Of a stretch of 64,000 nt of DNA, positions 46,201 through 60,375 are shown piece by piece (positions within the stretch are counted from its first letter, which is position 1; each line of letters begins with the position of its first letter). The DNA is taken from contig OX597815.1 in the NCBI GenBank assembly GCA_951406725.2, positions 171,802,001-171,866,000 of the forward strand, written 5' to 3'. The position numbers and the translations under genes are program-made. Below the pieces are notes generated by a model that saw nothing but the letters and a program-made list of their open reading frames with translations, had not been told where the DNA came from and did no database searches. The stretch comes from Octopus vulgaris (Eukaryota).

Positions 46201-46502
46201 CATGGAGGCACATGGCCTAGAGGTTAGAGCAGTGGAATCGCGGTCGAAGGATCACGGGTTCGAATCTCAGACCGGGTGATGTGTTTGTTTATGAGCAAAA
46301 CACCTAAGCTCCACACGGCTCCAGCAGATTGTAATGGCGAACTTCTGCTGACTCTTTTGCCACAACATTCTCTCACTCTTTCCTCCTGCATCTAGTAGCT
46401 CACCTGCGATGGACCGGCGTCCCATCCAGGTGGGGAATCTATACGCCAATGAAACCGGGAAACCGGCCTGTTATGAGCCAAGCATGGCTTGAGAAGGAAC
46501 AA
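46201..46502 (+). mobile_element. tRNA-derived SINE with V-domain-like motif and 14-bp TSD
   Basis: tggcctagaggttag and ggttcgaatct boxes; cctgcgatggaccggcgtcccatccagg; TSD acaatgttaaggaa at 46187-46200 and 46503-46516. Confidence 0.85.
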
Positions 46503-47024
46503 ACAATGTTAAGGAATGGTGACAATAACACACACACACACATGATGTGCTTCTTTCAATTTCCATCTACCGAATCCCACACAAGGCTTTAGATGACCCA
46601 GGGCTATAGTAACAGTCATTTTCCCTAAAGTTTTACACAGTGTTAACTAAAATAGATGACTGTGCTTTATATTTCACTTAAATTCTAGAAATATTCTGTA
46701 TTTTTTCTTTCTTAAACATTTGATTTCAGTGGTAGTATTTAAAAATTTTTAGATTGCTCATTTAATTTATAACTTCACGTTTGTAATATTCATTCTTATA
46801 CATGAAGAATTAACTATAGACATGTTGGTGCAGGCATGGCTGTGTGGTAAGAAGTTTACTTTCCAACTACATGATTCTGGGATCAGTCCTACTGCATGCC
46901 TAGTGAATGGATTTTGCAGACAGAAACTGAAAGACGCCTGTTGCAGACATATATATCTATTCATCTATCTATATATACATATGTCCATCTATCTATCTAT
47001 CTATATATATATATATATATATAT

Positions 47025-47358
47025 GGTGACCCCCTTCGGTCTGACACTGACCATGGGTTTGCACCTAGAGAGTTACCCTCTGAGGCACAAGTCTGGGCAA
47101 GGTTGTTTTATGGAAGACCAGCAGTCGCCCATGCATACCGGCCTCCCCTCTCCACGTCACCGATGTTGTCCAAGGGAAAGGCAAGGGCCGATACAGCTTG
47201 GCACCTGTGACGTCGCAACTCATTTCTACAGCTGAGTGAACTGGAGCAACGTGAAATAAAGTGTCTTGCTCAAGAACACAACACGCAGCCCAGTCCGGGA
47301 TTCGAGCTCACAACCTCACGATCGTAAGCTCGACGCTCTAACCACTGAGCCACGCGCC
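47025..47358 (-). mobile_element. tRNA-derived SINE (family C-type head), CpG-rich young copy
   Basis: Minus strand reads ggcgcgtggctcagtggttagagcg...gctcgaatccc...ttcttgagcaagacactttatttcacgttgctccag. Confidence 0.85.
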
Positions 47359-47545
47359 TATATATATATAATTATATATAATAATAATATTATGGAGTAT
47401 AACTCCAAACTTACAGGGAAAAATTCAATTTAGTATATATATATAGTTTATAGATGAGAGATAGATATACTCTCTATAGAATACACTTTATAGTGCTCAA
47501 GAGATTTAAACCTGAGTAGGTGGAGGAATAAATGTAATGATGAGG

Positions 47546-48148
47546 AAGTTAGGCAAGTCAGTATACAAAAAATATTAAATACATTTAATACAAAAAATGT
47601 CATATGTTTACATATCAAAAGGTCCAACTTACACAGAATAGAAATGATATCAGGAATTAAAGCAATTGAATCCAACAGTTTTATGAGTCCAACAGTTGTT
47701 TCTGGGGGTTTGGTTGTCTAAAATAATGACCAAGCCCCCAGAAATAGCTGTTAGACTCATAAAATCCATATTCAACCCCTTTAATTCCTGATATCATATC
47801 TATTCTGTGTATGTTAGACATTTTTATATGTAAACATAGGTATATTTTTTGTGTTAAATGTACTGGGCTAGTATATAATTATTGCGGCTTTTTTTCAACA
47901 AATTTTATTCAACAAAAACAATAACAATATTTAACAAAAACATCTTTAAATGATGGTTTGACAGTCTGCCAAGCAAATGGGAAGCAGTAATTGAAGTAGA
48001 TGGTGAATGTGCTCTGGAATAATAATTTAAAGATGTTTTTGTTGAATATTGTTATTGGTTTTGTTGAATAAAATTTGTTGAAAAAAGCTGCAATAATTAT
48101 GCACCAACCCAATATTTAATATTTTTTGTATATCGACTTGCCTAGCTT
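47546..48148. repeat. Large imperfect palindrome (about 170-bp arms) whose right arm is split by a mariner MITE
   Basis: 47546-47717 pairs with 47726-47862 plus 48115-48148. Confidence 0.8.
47863..48112. mobile_element. Mariner MITE with Hsmar1/MADE1-like TIR and TA TSD
   Basis: TIR ttgggttggtgcataattattgc.gc extended to about 90-bp inverted arms; TA at 47861-47862 and 48113-48114. Confidence 0.85.
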
Positions 48149-49526
48149 GCTTATCCTTGTATTTACTCCTCTGTGTGTGCGTGTGTTTGTTTTTTTTGCA
48201 TGTGTTACCATGAAGAAATATTTCCTTACTTGAAACAGGTGAGGTTTGCAACAAAGCGGACATTAAAATTGATGATGGTGTTCAGCTTCAAGGTTCATAC
48301 CTCTACAAAATTTAATTCATTGAGTGTAACAATACTGTTTTCATAAAAAGCCCTAGAAGTAGTTACTGAGCTGTATATATGTATACTGTAAAAGCAGCTC
48401 ATTACTGTAGACATTTACAACACTGTAATATTGATAATTGTCTGATAGCTTGAAGTACTTAGTTCAACTTATGTGGTTAAGATACTATGTAGTATGCTGT
48501 AGGAAAAGCTCAATACAGTCAATATTTACAACACTGTATCTTTTATAATTGTTTGATAGCTTCAAGTACTTTGTTCATCTTTTGTGGGTATTGTGGGCAT
48601 AATCTAGGCTCCACTAAGTTTATTTGGTTTGAATACTATACACAAAGTATAGTAATTTTCCAATAGATAGACTCACCAATGCACTGACAATATAGTAGAA
48701 TGAATGACATGAAGTTTACTGCTAGTTATTTTATGACTAATCTAATAGAAATACTCAACAAATCTATTAATGAAGCTTATTAACCCTTAAGCATTTAAGC
48801 CAGCCACATCCAGCCAAAATATTCTTCCTACTTCATGTTCAAACCAGTCAGATCTGATCCATGCACACCTACCCTACAATGTCATTCTAAAAATAAACTA
48901 TCACATCACTGAAATTTCAAAGCTACAAGATAATGCATGATTAATTCAAAACAATATTAATAACTGAACATTACATTTGACAGAGTGATTTGAATGCTAA
49001 AGGGTTTAATAATATACTGAGCTTAACTCCTCGACCCATAAATAGCTCATAACTGAAACCCTGCAATGCCTACATTTTAAATTTATTTCTGGTGTGTTCA
49101 GAGTGGCCTGGTGGCTGCTGTTGTTGTTGTTGTGGGTTGGGATTCTATTTATGTAATTTTTTCTGAACTGTTTTCTGTTTTTTCTTTTTTTTTTTGACAT
49201 TTTATATGAAGATATATTTTACTTTCTAGCTACAAGATTTATGTTTCTGAAATTTTATTTTGATATATAGAAATAAAAAGGTTTAAATTTATTTTCTTAA
49301 ATTCTTGTTCCATTTGAAAATTAAAGGAAAAAACAATAATAATAGATAATCAAATGTTGCATGTGTTTTTTTTTTTTGTGTGAAATAAATAAAACAAGAC
49401 ATTGAGGAGTGAGACTGATCGTTGGTTGTACACTGACAACTCTGATTTTTGTATAGCAAGTGTTCCTATGTATTTTTTTCTGTGATTCTTTGATGCTGCT
49501 ATATCACTCAATATGAACTCACTAAA

Positions 49527-49908
49527 AAGGTGGCGAGCTGGTAGCACAACGGGCGAAATGCTTAGCGGTATTTCGTCTGCCACTACATTCTGAGTTCAAA
49601 TTCCACCAAGGTCGACTTTGCCTTTCATCCTTTTGGGGTCAATTAAATAAGTACCAGTTATGCACTGAGGTCGATGTAATCGACTTAATCCGTTTGTCTG
49701 TCCTTGTTTGTCCCCTCTGTGTTTAGCCCCTTGTGGGTAGTAAAGAAATAGGTATTTCGTTTGTCTTTATGTTCTGAGTTCAAATTCCGCCTTTCATCCT
49801 TTCAGGGTCGAAAAATTAAGTACCATTTGCATACTGGGGTTGATCTAATCAATTCTCCCACAAAAAAAAAAAAAAAAATTGGGGCTTTGTGCCTAGAGTA
49901 GAAAAGAA
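49527..49908 (+). mobile_element. SINE family B, full copy followed by a partial second unit
   Basis: aaggtggcgagctgg...gaaatgcttagcggtatttcg...ggtcgactttgcctttcatcc. Confidence 0.85.
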
Positions 49909-50919
49909 TATTAACTCGCTAAAATAACGTCGTCTTTCTAGTCATTATGAGATCTGGCTATAACAATTAGACTTCATTGTTGAAGTCTAAGGCAAAAATA
50001 CACTCACTGTTGTACTGTATTGTACTCTGCAGAGACTAAGATCTCTCTCTCTCACACACACACACATATGCACCACTACCGGTATTCAAGATGGGAAACA
50101 ACTCAGGTTTCTCTAAGTCAAGTAGGACTTCTGGATTTTCTGCTCGTTTCACTAACACTAAAATGAAAAATACTCATGCATCATATAATTTCCATATCAA
50201 ATACCTTAACTTTTCATTAACCACAATGCTATCATGAACCCCACTGTGTCACTTTAAATAATAGAACTTGTTTATTACTCCATTCTTGAGTTTACCCCAT
50301 CCCTAAAACTGCTGGCTTTGTGCCAAAATTTCAAGCTATTATTATTATTATTATTATTATTATTGAGTGCGAGAGCAGTGCATGCCATCAAAGTGACACT
50401 GGAGTAAAATATACGAAGCCCAGTATACCCATCACAACTACCTGTCTGATAAGGGTACACTAGGCACATGCATCACAACCATGTGTGTGCAACATGGTGA
50501 TCTCATATCAAGATAAACAGCACATGACCTTGCAGGTGGGGTCCTGTTAGAATTTTCTTCTGTCGAGTAACCCATCCTGCTCAAAAGATCCCTGAATAAG
50601 GGTTGTTTAAGGATGTTGAATGAAACACCCATGTTTCCAGAGGTGAATTATTCAAACCCCAAAGAATCACTCTCAACACATGGCTATGATGCTCCCCCAC
50701 TACTTCTGCTCATGATCAGAGACGCACATATTGTCAGCCACTAAGGGACATGCTCAACTGGTTAAGGTCAAACAACTGACAAGCAAATCTGTGGTATTGA
50801 GCAGAATATTTGCTGTAGCCCATCTTTTATACCAAGACAAACAATGTACATAACACTTTCAATCAGTTAAGATCAAAAGCCACGAGAGCCTTATCATCAT
50901 CATTATTATTATAATTATT

Positions 50920-51400
50920 AAATTTCGCCAAGGTCAACTTTCATCTTTTCAGGGTTTATAAAATAAGTACCAATTGAGCACTGGGGTCGATATAATTGAC
51001 TTTACCCCCTCCTGCCAAATTGCTGACTTTGTGCCAATATTTGAAACCATTATTATTGTTGTTGTTATTAAATTCAGCTGAGGCCGAGTTTGTCTTCCAT
51101 CCTTTCAGGGTCAATAAAATAAGTACCAGTCGAGCACTGGGGTTGATGTAATCGACTAGCCCTCTTCCTTGGAATAGCTGGCCTTGTACTGTGCTGGCAG
51201 AATTGCTAGCATGCTTGGCAAAATGCTTAGTGGCATTTTGTCTGTCTTTACTTTCTGAGTTAAAATTCTGCCAAGGTCAACTTTTCCTTTTGTCTTTTTG
51301 GGGGGCAATTAAATAAGTACCAGTTACGCACTGGAGTTCATGTAATCGACTTACCCCTTCCCCTAAATTTCAGGCCTTGTGCCTATAGTAGAAAGTATTA
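50920..51400 (+). mobile_element. Cluster of three SINE family B copies and fragments
   Basis: Repeated family B core and tail. Confidence 0.75.
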
Positions 51401-54400
51401 TTATTATTATTATTATTGCCATTTGGTACTACACAGTGTGTTTATTGATCCTTGAATAATTCAATAGTTTACTGATTAGTGTTTATCATTTTGGAAAGGC
51501 TGAAGAACAAAATTAACTTCTGCAGGATTTGAATTCAGGGTGCAAAGATCATGACCAAAAACTACAAGACATCCTATCTGATACTAATGTCGCTCTGCCA
51601 ATTTAGTGTTGCTCATGTTTAGTATTTAGATGATAACACAACATTATGGACCTAAATATTGAATAGTTTCTACCTCAATATTATGGACCTAAATATTGAG
51701 TAGTTTCAATCAAATTTGAGGCCATAAATGTCAATTATGACAACATTTCACCAGATGCAGGCAAACTTGAAAGATGGTGTCCTTATCCTTGGTTCACCAA
51801 TCTCTTTCTGCTGTCTAAACAACCTTTGAATCCAGACTCCACCAGCTTGAAAAGCTTAAGGAAACTGCATCTGAATGACATCGATCTAGCTTTCTTCTTC
51901 TAGCAGAAAGCTTTTCCATGCCAAAACTGTTGTACATTTTTTATAGAGCCCTGAGCTACAACCAGATATCTTGCTTCATATAATTAGGAAACTATCTGGC
52001 ATGGTAGGGAGGAGATGACATTAGATGGCATCAAGTCACTCTTCCAATCAAATACAGTGACCTTGACCATCTGTCAAATTAGCACTGCTTCTTGTGTCCT
52101 TGTCAATGATATTTTCCACAATCCCACAAAATCTGCTGGAATCAAGACATATGAAATGGCCAATCTGATCTGAACATGACTTGATTTTGATCCTGCAGAC
52201 ATCCCATCAATTCAGAATAAATGGGAAGTCATCCAATGATGATGTGGATTGGCTGACATCTTTCTTCAGCTCCATTTCTCAGAGTAGTACATGGCTGAAC
52301 GCTATACCCACAAGGTAGTCTGGCTCCTAACTGGATAATCACTGTCTCTAAATTGATATTTCACTGAGGCTTGGACTTCACATCTGTCAACAATACTAAA
52401 ATTATTGCAGGTCTACAGTAGACGTCTTCAGACTCCACCCATTGTCATGCTGTCTCACCATCAACCATTTTTCTCAACATACTGCTCTCACTGATATTGT
52501 CAGATATGGTTTGGATGCAACCAATTTTCCATTGCAACTAAAGCTGATGAAGTTATGCAGTGGTGATAAACAAATAGCAACCCAGTCTTTCCATTCCAAG
52601 GTGGAAAGTCTTAAATCTGAAATGTGACCAGCAGTGATATGTTGTCCAGTGGCAACCAGGTGAAAAGAGCATCTGACCTGACAGGTGGAGAACTGCAAGC
52701 TGACAAGATACTAGTCACTTTCTTCTTTTTAGACCTATACCAGTAGAAATTTCTGGCATCTTGGGTCCCAGAATTACTGCTACTCACTTTGATTGGAACA
52801 TAGATACCGTCAGTAAGAATGAACTTTATCAGTGCATATTCTTCACTGTTCTTTGGATCAACCTATTCACCACATTATATGCTGGAAGTATGAAATGTTT
52901 GCCATGACACACTGCAATATATTTCTAAGTAGAAATGTAATTATGATACTATTTTATGAGGAAAATAATTTACAATGAAAGATTTTGAAAATATATTGGT
53001 TTAAATTGCGATTTTTACCTCAGGCTGACCAAAAACTTGTGAATAGATTTGATAGAGAAAGAAGCTCATCGTATGTATACACCTATGTGTGTGTATTAAC
53101 CGGTACTGGTGTGTTAACATCTCTGTAACTAAGTAGTTCAGCAAAAGAGACTGATAGAATAAGTACTAGGCTTAAAACAATAAGTCCTGGAGTTGATTTG
53201 TTTGATTAAAACCATTCAAGGTGGTGCCCCAGCATGACCACTGAAAATGACTGAAACAAGAAAAAGATCGTAAGAAAAACAGAATTAAAGTCAATATTTT
53301 CTCTAAATAAGATATTTTGATACAAACTCACTTGAGACCAACGCTGGTTCTTTCATAGGAAACTGTTTCAAGAGTTAAATTTAGCTCTCCATTATAATGT
53401 GAACCCAAAACCTTTCTATTACGTTATGTTTCATACTAAGATTTACTGTCCCAACAAATGTTTATTGGTATGGAGAACACCAATGAAGTTTACTAATCCT
53501 TCCAAATTCGTGACTATTTTCGAAATTAATTGAAACACACTGCCTTTCCATTCTATAATGTTTTGGTCCCAATTTGAAAAATCCTTTAAAAATTAAATTA
53601 TTCAGGTTACAGAATATTTCTTTATACGTATAAAAAAAAAAATTAATAAACGGATGCTACTTAACACGTATTTCAGATGAAAACTATATGCTTTGTTTTT
53701 GATTGTATTGAAATTCTAACACGATCCCAGTCAACAAACAGTCCCCCACCCCACAAAAAAAAATAGATGAAATTTCTTTAAGATAGTTACTGAAGCTTTA
53801 TTAAAATTAGATAAATGTTTTATTTTTTAAACATAAAAGATAATTGGGTAGCAGAATCACTAGGTAGCAGAATCAATTATTTAGTTGAATCCCTGAGTTC
53901 AAACTCTATAGAGGTCTACTAGCTCTATTTCATTGTTCTGAGAGTGAAAAAGTTAAAATAAAAAACTAGATAAAATGAACATTGGAATCAATAACTGTGT
54001 AACTCCTAGAAGGCTCCAGTGTGGCTACAATCCAATGAATGAAATCAATGAAACAACAAATCGTGTAAGTTTTTAAAATTTCGAATATAGTTATCCATGA
54101 ATTATTTCCCCTTGATTGCCTGATCTCTCAACATTTATTTAGTCGTACTGCAATCATTTCAAATTAGTTACAGCCCCCTTATTAAATTGTGTTGTTATGT
54201 GACAAAAAAGAGAAATCTGCATTTGATTAGAGGAAATAATTTATTACTGAGGAATTCAGTTCTAGAATTCTAACAGACTGAAACCGAGAAGCGTAGGTGT
54301 TTATTTTTATTTTTTTTTTTTACGTGTCTCTATCATCCATTCAATTAAGAATAAATCGACAATTTGTCCCAGTCTTATCTTTCATGCAAGATAAGTTTTA

Positions 54401-55464
54401 ATAAATTCCTCGGGGCAACCACCCATTTCACTTTATTTATTTTCAGTCTAAAGTATTCACTGCTTCTTCTTTTTCATTCTACTTCTGGTTTAATCTTGAC
54501 TACAGATTAACTAGCTACCTTCAAATTTTGACACAAGGCCGGCAATTTTGGCATTGGGTCTAAGTCCGTTACATCAACCCCAGGGCTTAACTGGTACTTA
54601 TTTTATCGACCCTGAAAGGATGAAAGATAAAGTCGGCCTTGGAGAACTACAGATTAAATATTGTCTGATACCAAGCAAAAAAATATCCAACCCCAAATTA
54701 TCAAATATTGTACTGAGATAATGCTAATTAAATCTGCTAAATATTGCCTTTCTATTTTATGTTTTAGTTATAATTTTCATTAAAAATGTTTCCAGGCGAG
54801 GGATAGTTAGAGATGAATGTACCATAAACATCATAGCCTTGTTTATCACCAAAAATATTGTTTCCTACTTCTTGTTGCTGCTTCTGAGGAAATATTGATT
54901 TTACTGTAGCTATTTTATTTAAGTTCATATTGTCATATGACACTATTTCTATTCTTGTAAGAGATTGATTCTGTATGCGGTAAAGTATTTAAATGACATC
55001 AGTGTTCTAATTTGATGAAAATTTCACTAAAGCTATTCAAAATCTATATAGTGTATTTCTATTTCAGGATAATCAAATTGTTTTAGGACAAAATACTTGC
55101 AACCAATTCTGAAGAGTGGATATCATTTATTTGAACAACACACTTAAAAACGCATATTGTTTTTTGATAATATGCATATTGTTGCTAGAACAATTGCTAA
55201 AGAAAGTGGTAGTTTACAGATTCTGTGATACTTCTTTTGTATTTTAATAATTTCCTCAAGCTCTTGGAGTAGTCAGTTAAATATAATTCTTCCTAATTTT
55301 GGCACGTGACCAACAATCTTTGAGGGGGAGGTGGAGTAAATCAATGAAAACAGTCCCTATCATCCTCAAAAGTAGGGATTCAAACTCAGAATGAAATAAG
55401 ATGGGAGAAATGCCACCAAGCATTTTGTCCAATGGACTAACAATTCTGTCAGCTTACTGCTTTA

Positions 55465-55730
55465 AAAAGAATAATAAATAAATGCACCCTTTTAAAGCCT
55501 AGCCAGGCTCAGGGGCCTGGTTTCCCGGTTTCAATGGCGTATGTGTTCCCCAGCTGGATGGGATGCAAGTCCATCACAGCGTTACTCATTTTTGCCAGCT
55601 GAGTGGACTGGAGCAACATGAAATGAAATGCTTTGTTCAAGAACACAACGCGTCAACTGGTCCAGGAATTGAAACCACAATCTTACGATCATGATGCTGA
55701 CACCCTAATCACTAAGCCACACGCCTCCAC
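55465..55730 (-). mobile_element. tRNA-derived SINE (family C-type head, V-like tail) with 15-bp TSD, nested at the head of a family B copy
   Basis: TSD cagcttactgcttta at 55450-55464 and 55731-55745. Confidence 0.82.
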
Positions 55731-56074
55731 CAGCTTACTGCTTTAGTGTATTAAAAATAACATTACCTAGACAGCGATGATGATGATGGTGATCATGACA
55801 ACAATGACAACAGTGATAAAAGTATCAAATTGTATAAAATATAGAAATCTATCTGATATTGATTTCACAGTTTGACACAAGGTCAGTTTATGAAAGGAAC
55901 AGAAATATCAACTGAATTGACCCTGATGTATTACAAGTATCTATTTTATGAACTTTGGTGGTTAAAAGATGAAATTCTGTCAGGATCTAAATTTGAAACA
56001 TACTGTTAGATATTCACTGTGCTTTATCATATCAACTAATTTATTTTCTTTTATCTAATAACATATAATATAAT

Positions 56075-56630
56075 GGTTCCAAATTTTGGCACAAAGCCAG
56101 CAATTTTATGCCAGGGAGTCAGTCAATTATATCGACCCCAAAGCTTAACTGGTACTTATTTTATCAACCCCAAAATGATGAAAGGAAAAATTGACTTTGT
56201 GGAATTTGAACTCAGAAAGAAATGCCAATAAGCATTTCATACAATGTGCTAATTACTCTGCCAGCACACCATCTTAATGATATCATCAACATCATCATCC
56301 TTTAACATCCACTTTCCATGCTAGCATGGGTTGGACAATTTGACTGAGGACTGGCGTACCTGATGGCTATGCCAGGCTGTGCCAGGCACCAATCTGATTA
56401 TATATGATATAATAATCCTTTCTACTAAAGGTACAAGGCCTGAAATTTGTGGGAGGGAACTAGTCGATTACATTGAGCTCTGTGTTTCTCTGGTACTAAA
56501 TTCATCGACCCTGAAAGGATGAAAAGCAAAGTCAACCCCAGTGGAATTTGAACTCAGAATGTAAAGACAGACAAAATGCTGCTAAGCATCTTGCCCGACA
56601 TGCTAACAATTCTGCTAGCTCACTGCCTTG
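56075..56630 (-). mobile_element. Two SINE family B copies flanking an RTE tail fragment
   Basis: Reverse-complement family B at about 56075-56275 and 56415-56630; RTE tail at about 56285-56400. Confidence 0.75.
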
Positions 56631-58764
56631 ACATATGATATAATGATAATGAGCTTATTATATAACAGTATGCAGGTGCACAAAGCCCGTCAGAAAAGGG
56701 TAAAAGAGAGGACAGACAGCAATGAAAGCCAAATGTATAAATAGAGCACATAAAATGAAACACAAATAGACAGAGGGACAAACTACAAAGGAGCAATAAA
56801 AAGGAAAGGGTGCTTAGACAAGGCAAGAGTATTGCTTTTTCCTTTTACTGGTTTCAGTCAGTGGATTGTAGTCATGCTGGGGCATTGTCTTTGAAAGGCT
56901 TAGTTGAATAAATCAATCCCAGTACTTTTTTTTTTCAAAGCCAAGTACATATTCTGCTGTACTCTTTTGCTGAACTGTTAAGTTATGGGGATGTAACTAG
57001 ATCAACAGCAGTTGTCAAGCAGTGGGAAAGGGGGTGGGGTGGCAAAAAAGCAATGGAACACACAGATACACCTGAGCACTGTATACAATAAGTTTGTTAT
57101 TATATATATATATATATATATATATAACAGTCCTCCATTGGTTGGCTTGGTGCTATAGCAAAAGACACTTGCTCAAGGTGCCACACTGTGGGGAAGAATA
57201 TGAACCTACATGGTTGCAAAGTGAGCTTTCTAGCCACAAGAAGTATTGGAAAAGAAATAATTTAACGAAATATTACATTTATGTCATGTTTAAAAAGAAG
57301 GCAGGGTTTCATTTGTAATTATTTTGACCATTTAGTGAAGAAAGAGTTAAGTTAGTGTCCATTAATCCTTCACAGGGACTCCATGACTGGTGCAAAGGAG
57401 AGAGAGAGAGAGAGAGAGGAGATTGGCTCAGATGCTGCAACAAAGAAGACCCTGCTGATGGAACCCAAACTGCTGGGTAGTGGTGTTTAACCATGTTGAC
57501 AAATGAAGTCTACAACCTTAGTAGACTATGGTGGAATTTGAACTAAGAACACCACGAGGCAGAACAAATAAAGCAACTGGAACGATATTCTAGAAATTCT
57601 GCTAATCCACAACCTGGGTTGGTGTTTTTAATGACCAAGAAAGGATGAAAAGCAAAGGTGACCTTAGTCAAAATTGAGCTCAAAATGATGCAGGGAGGGA
57701 GACAAAATAACACAAGACACTCATTTCTCTTTGATGCTCAAATGACTCAGCTAAGTCACTGCCTACTTAAGTAGATTTGTAAAATACCAACATTGATTCA
57801 CAATTCCTAACTGAGGTGTGTTGATAAATATTGTATCAATGCAGCATTTGATAATTGGGTTATGAGTAGTATTTTTTTTTAATGAACTTGACAGGTTTTT
57901 CCACTGTCTTTTCTCAGCATGCATAAAAACCTAAGGATGTATGATGTATCCTGAGAATTCAAATTGAGTGGTTCATGTAGAATTTGATTTCCTGATTTAA
58001 AATAATAATGGAACATCTGCAGTAGTTAAGTACTTACAATATGAGCTTATATTCAAACAGCTTATCCATTCAGTCATTTCATTTTTACAGTAACTGCTCA
58101 AAAAATTCAAGTAGATTTGTTATTTAAAACATGACCATGATCATCATTATTTTAATGTTCACTTTTCCATGCTTGCATGGATCAAGTGGAATTTATTTAG
58201 GCAGATTTTCTATGGCTGGGTGCTTTTCCTGTTGCCAACTCTTACCTGTCTCCACGCAAAGTAATATTTCCTCATTGCCAGATATGTTTCCACAGAATAT
58301 TGAGAATGGGAAGAAGGGATGGATGGATTGGGCTGACTGGCTGGCTGGATGGGTGGATGGATGGTTTCAGATGAAACACGATGGGATTGGATAAGATTGG
58401 ATTGGATTGGCTAAGAAATGGTGGTGGAAAGGTTTGATAGTTTTAAAGTGTGAAAAAGCATCATCAGATGACAGAAAGTCAGGGACTGAGAATGGAGATA
58501 AGTCAAGATATGCATGAACAGAAATTGGAAAATTGAAATATTCAACTATGTGAATTATGTCTTTAAAAACTTATTGAATTAAAATAATTGGAGATCATTA
58601 GTACTGTGGATTACATGCAAGCAGAACTAATTTACTTAATTAAAAAGTCTCCCCCTACCCCACACTCACTCCGTGACAAATTTTACCTCATGACCAGCAA
58701 TAAAACAGTATCTTCATTTTTATTATTTTATTGTTATCACAAAAAAACTCTAACTTCAAAACAC

Positions 58765-59022
58765 CTGTGGTTTTCATCCTGGGTCCACGTGACCCTTGGG
58801 GGTCCACATAAGATTTTGTTGTTAAGGTTTAAGAGCGATAAATTGGTTATAATTCTACAATACACAAAATATTCCAACAAAGTTTTTATACAATTCTGAT
58901 GTTATTCAATTATAAAAATATAATAGGAATTTTTAAGCATTGACTTGTTTTGAGGGTTCACCTGGGTAAAATAGGAATCAAGGGGGCCCACAGGTGAAAA
59001 AAAAAATGGTTGAGAACCACTG
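58765..59022. mobile_element. hAT-like MITE (CAGTGGTTCTCAACC-type TIR)
   Basis: Right end ggttgagaaccactg; left end is degenerate ctgtggttttcatcc; no TSD recovered. Confidence 0.55.
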
Positions 59023-60375
59023 TTTTATCCTGTTGCTCAAATGGCTAGAATTCACAACAAAATCTCTCTTTTACATTACACTCTACCATCTTAAAAGGAG
59101 AAGGATACATTGAATAATATAGTTTTGGGTGCATTATCTGATTGAATGATGGGATGGTCATGACTGGAATGCTTTTGTTCATAAGTTTACTCAGTGAGGA
59201 TTGATCTGCAGTTAAATAACATCACTCAAAACCAGCCATTATACTCAAATCTCTACTTCTCTCCTAAAACACAATCTCAATTATTACATTTGGGGTCCCC
59301 TTTCCAGTCTTTTATTGATTTCTTATGACTAGACATGATATCTGAGATTTGTTAAATGGCAGAGGTGATGCATGAAGGATGTTGGGATATTTTGTTTTTC
59401 TCAAGCGACATGTGTGAAGTGAAATAAAAATCCAGGTCACAAATTCAACTACACAAAGCTGACCTAAAATGGCCTTCATTTTATGTTATTCACTGCTTAA
59501 CAAAACACACACACACACACACGTGCACACATATGTATATAATGTAAATAATGTGTAGAATATTGGGTTACAAAAAAATTCTTTAGATGGTAAAAAAGTC
59601 AAAGACAGGCTTAGCGTTACTTAGCGGTTCGGCAAAAGAGACTGATAGAATAAGTACTGGGCTTACAAAAGAATAAGTGCTGGGGTCGAGTTGCTCGATT
59701 AAAAGGCGGTGCTCCAGCATGGCCGCAGTCAAATGACTGAAACAAGTAAAAGAGTAGGCATATCACCTGTATAACAAATTTTCTGTCCAAGCGGTAGCCT
59801 TCAACTTTCTTTCATCCAAGAATGTTTTTAATCCAATATTCTATATGTTACTAAATATAACTTTATCTACTTCAAAATTCATCATTAAAGATATGTTACT
59901 TCATATACTTCAAAGTTTCTAAATTTTTATAATGTCAGGGGCCATTTAGCTTAATGGTACAGGGCATTCAGCCAGTATCTAACAGGTATGGGGTTCAATT
60001 CTGCCTGCAGGCAATTTAAAATAATTTTCTTTCATAGGCGTGGCTGTGTGGTAAGAAGTTTGCTTCTCAACCAAATCGTTCTAGATTCAATTCTACTGCG
60101 TGGTACCTTGGACAAGTGTTTTCTACTGTAGCCTTATATCATTATCCAGTTGTAGAAACCATGCCAAAGCAGGCAATATAGCTTTGTGCAGTCTTCTGGC
60201 TTGCCAGTTGCTGTCAAACCATCTAACACATGCCAGCATAGAAAGCAGATGTTAAATGATGATGATGATGATGATTCATACATACATGCATATATACATA
60301 CATGCACACATGCATACATGCATGCAAATATACATACATACATACATACATACATACATACATACATACATACAT

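Noticed and set aside
46203-46275. tRNA gene candidates at SINE heads (also 39007 and 47358)
   Set aside because: They continue into SINE bodies, two with clear TSDs, and lack a complete cloverleaf.
51720-52900. Complex non-microsatellite stretch that might be a decayed LINE or exon (similar case at 32200-32620)
   Set aside because: I could not recover a recognisable protein motif or consistent splice sites; it needs a translated homology search.
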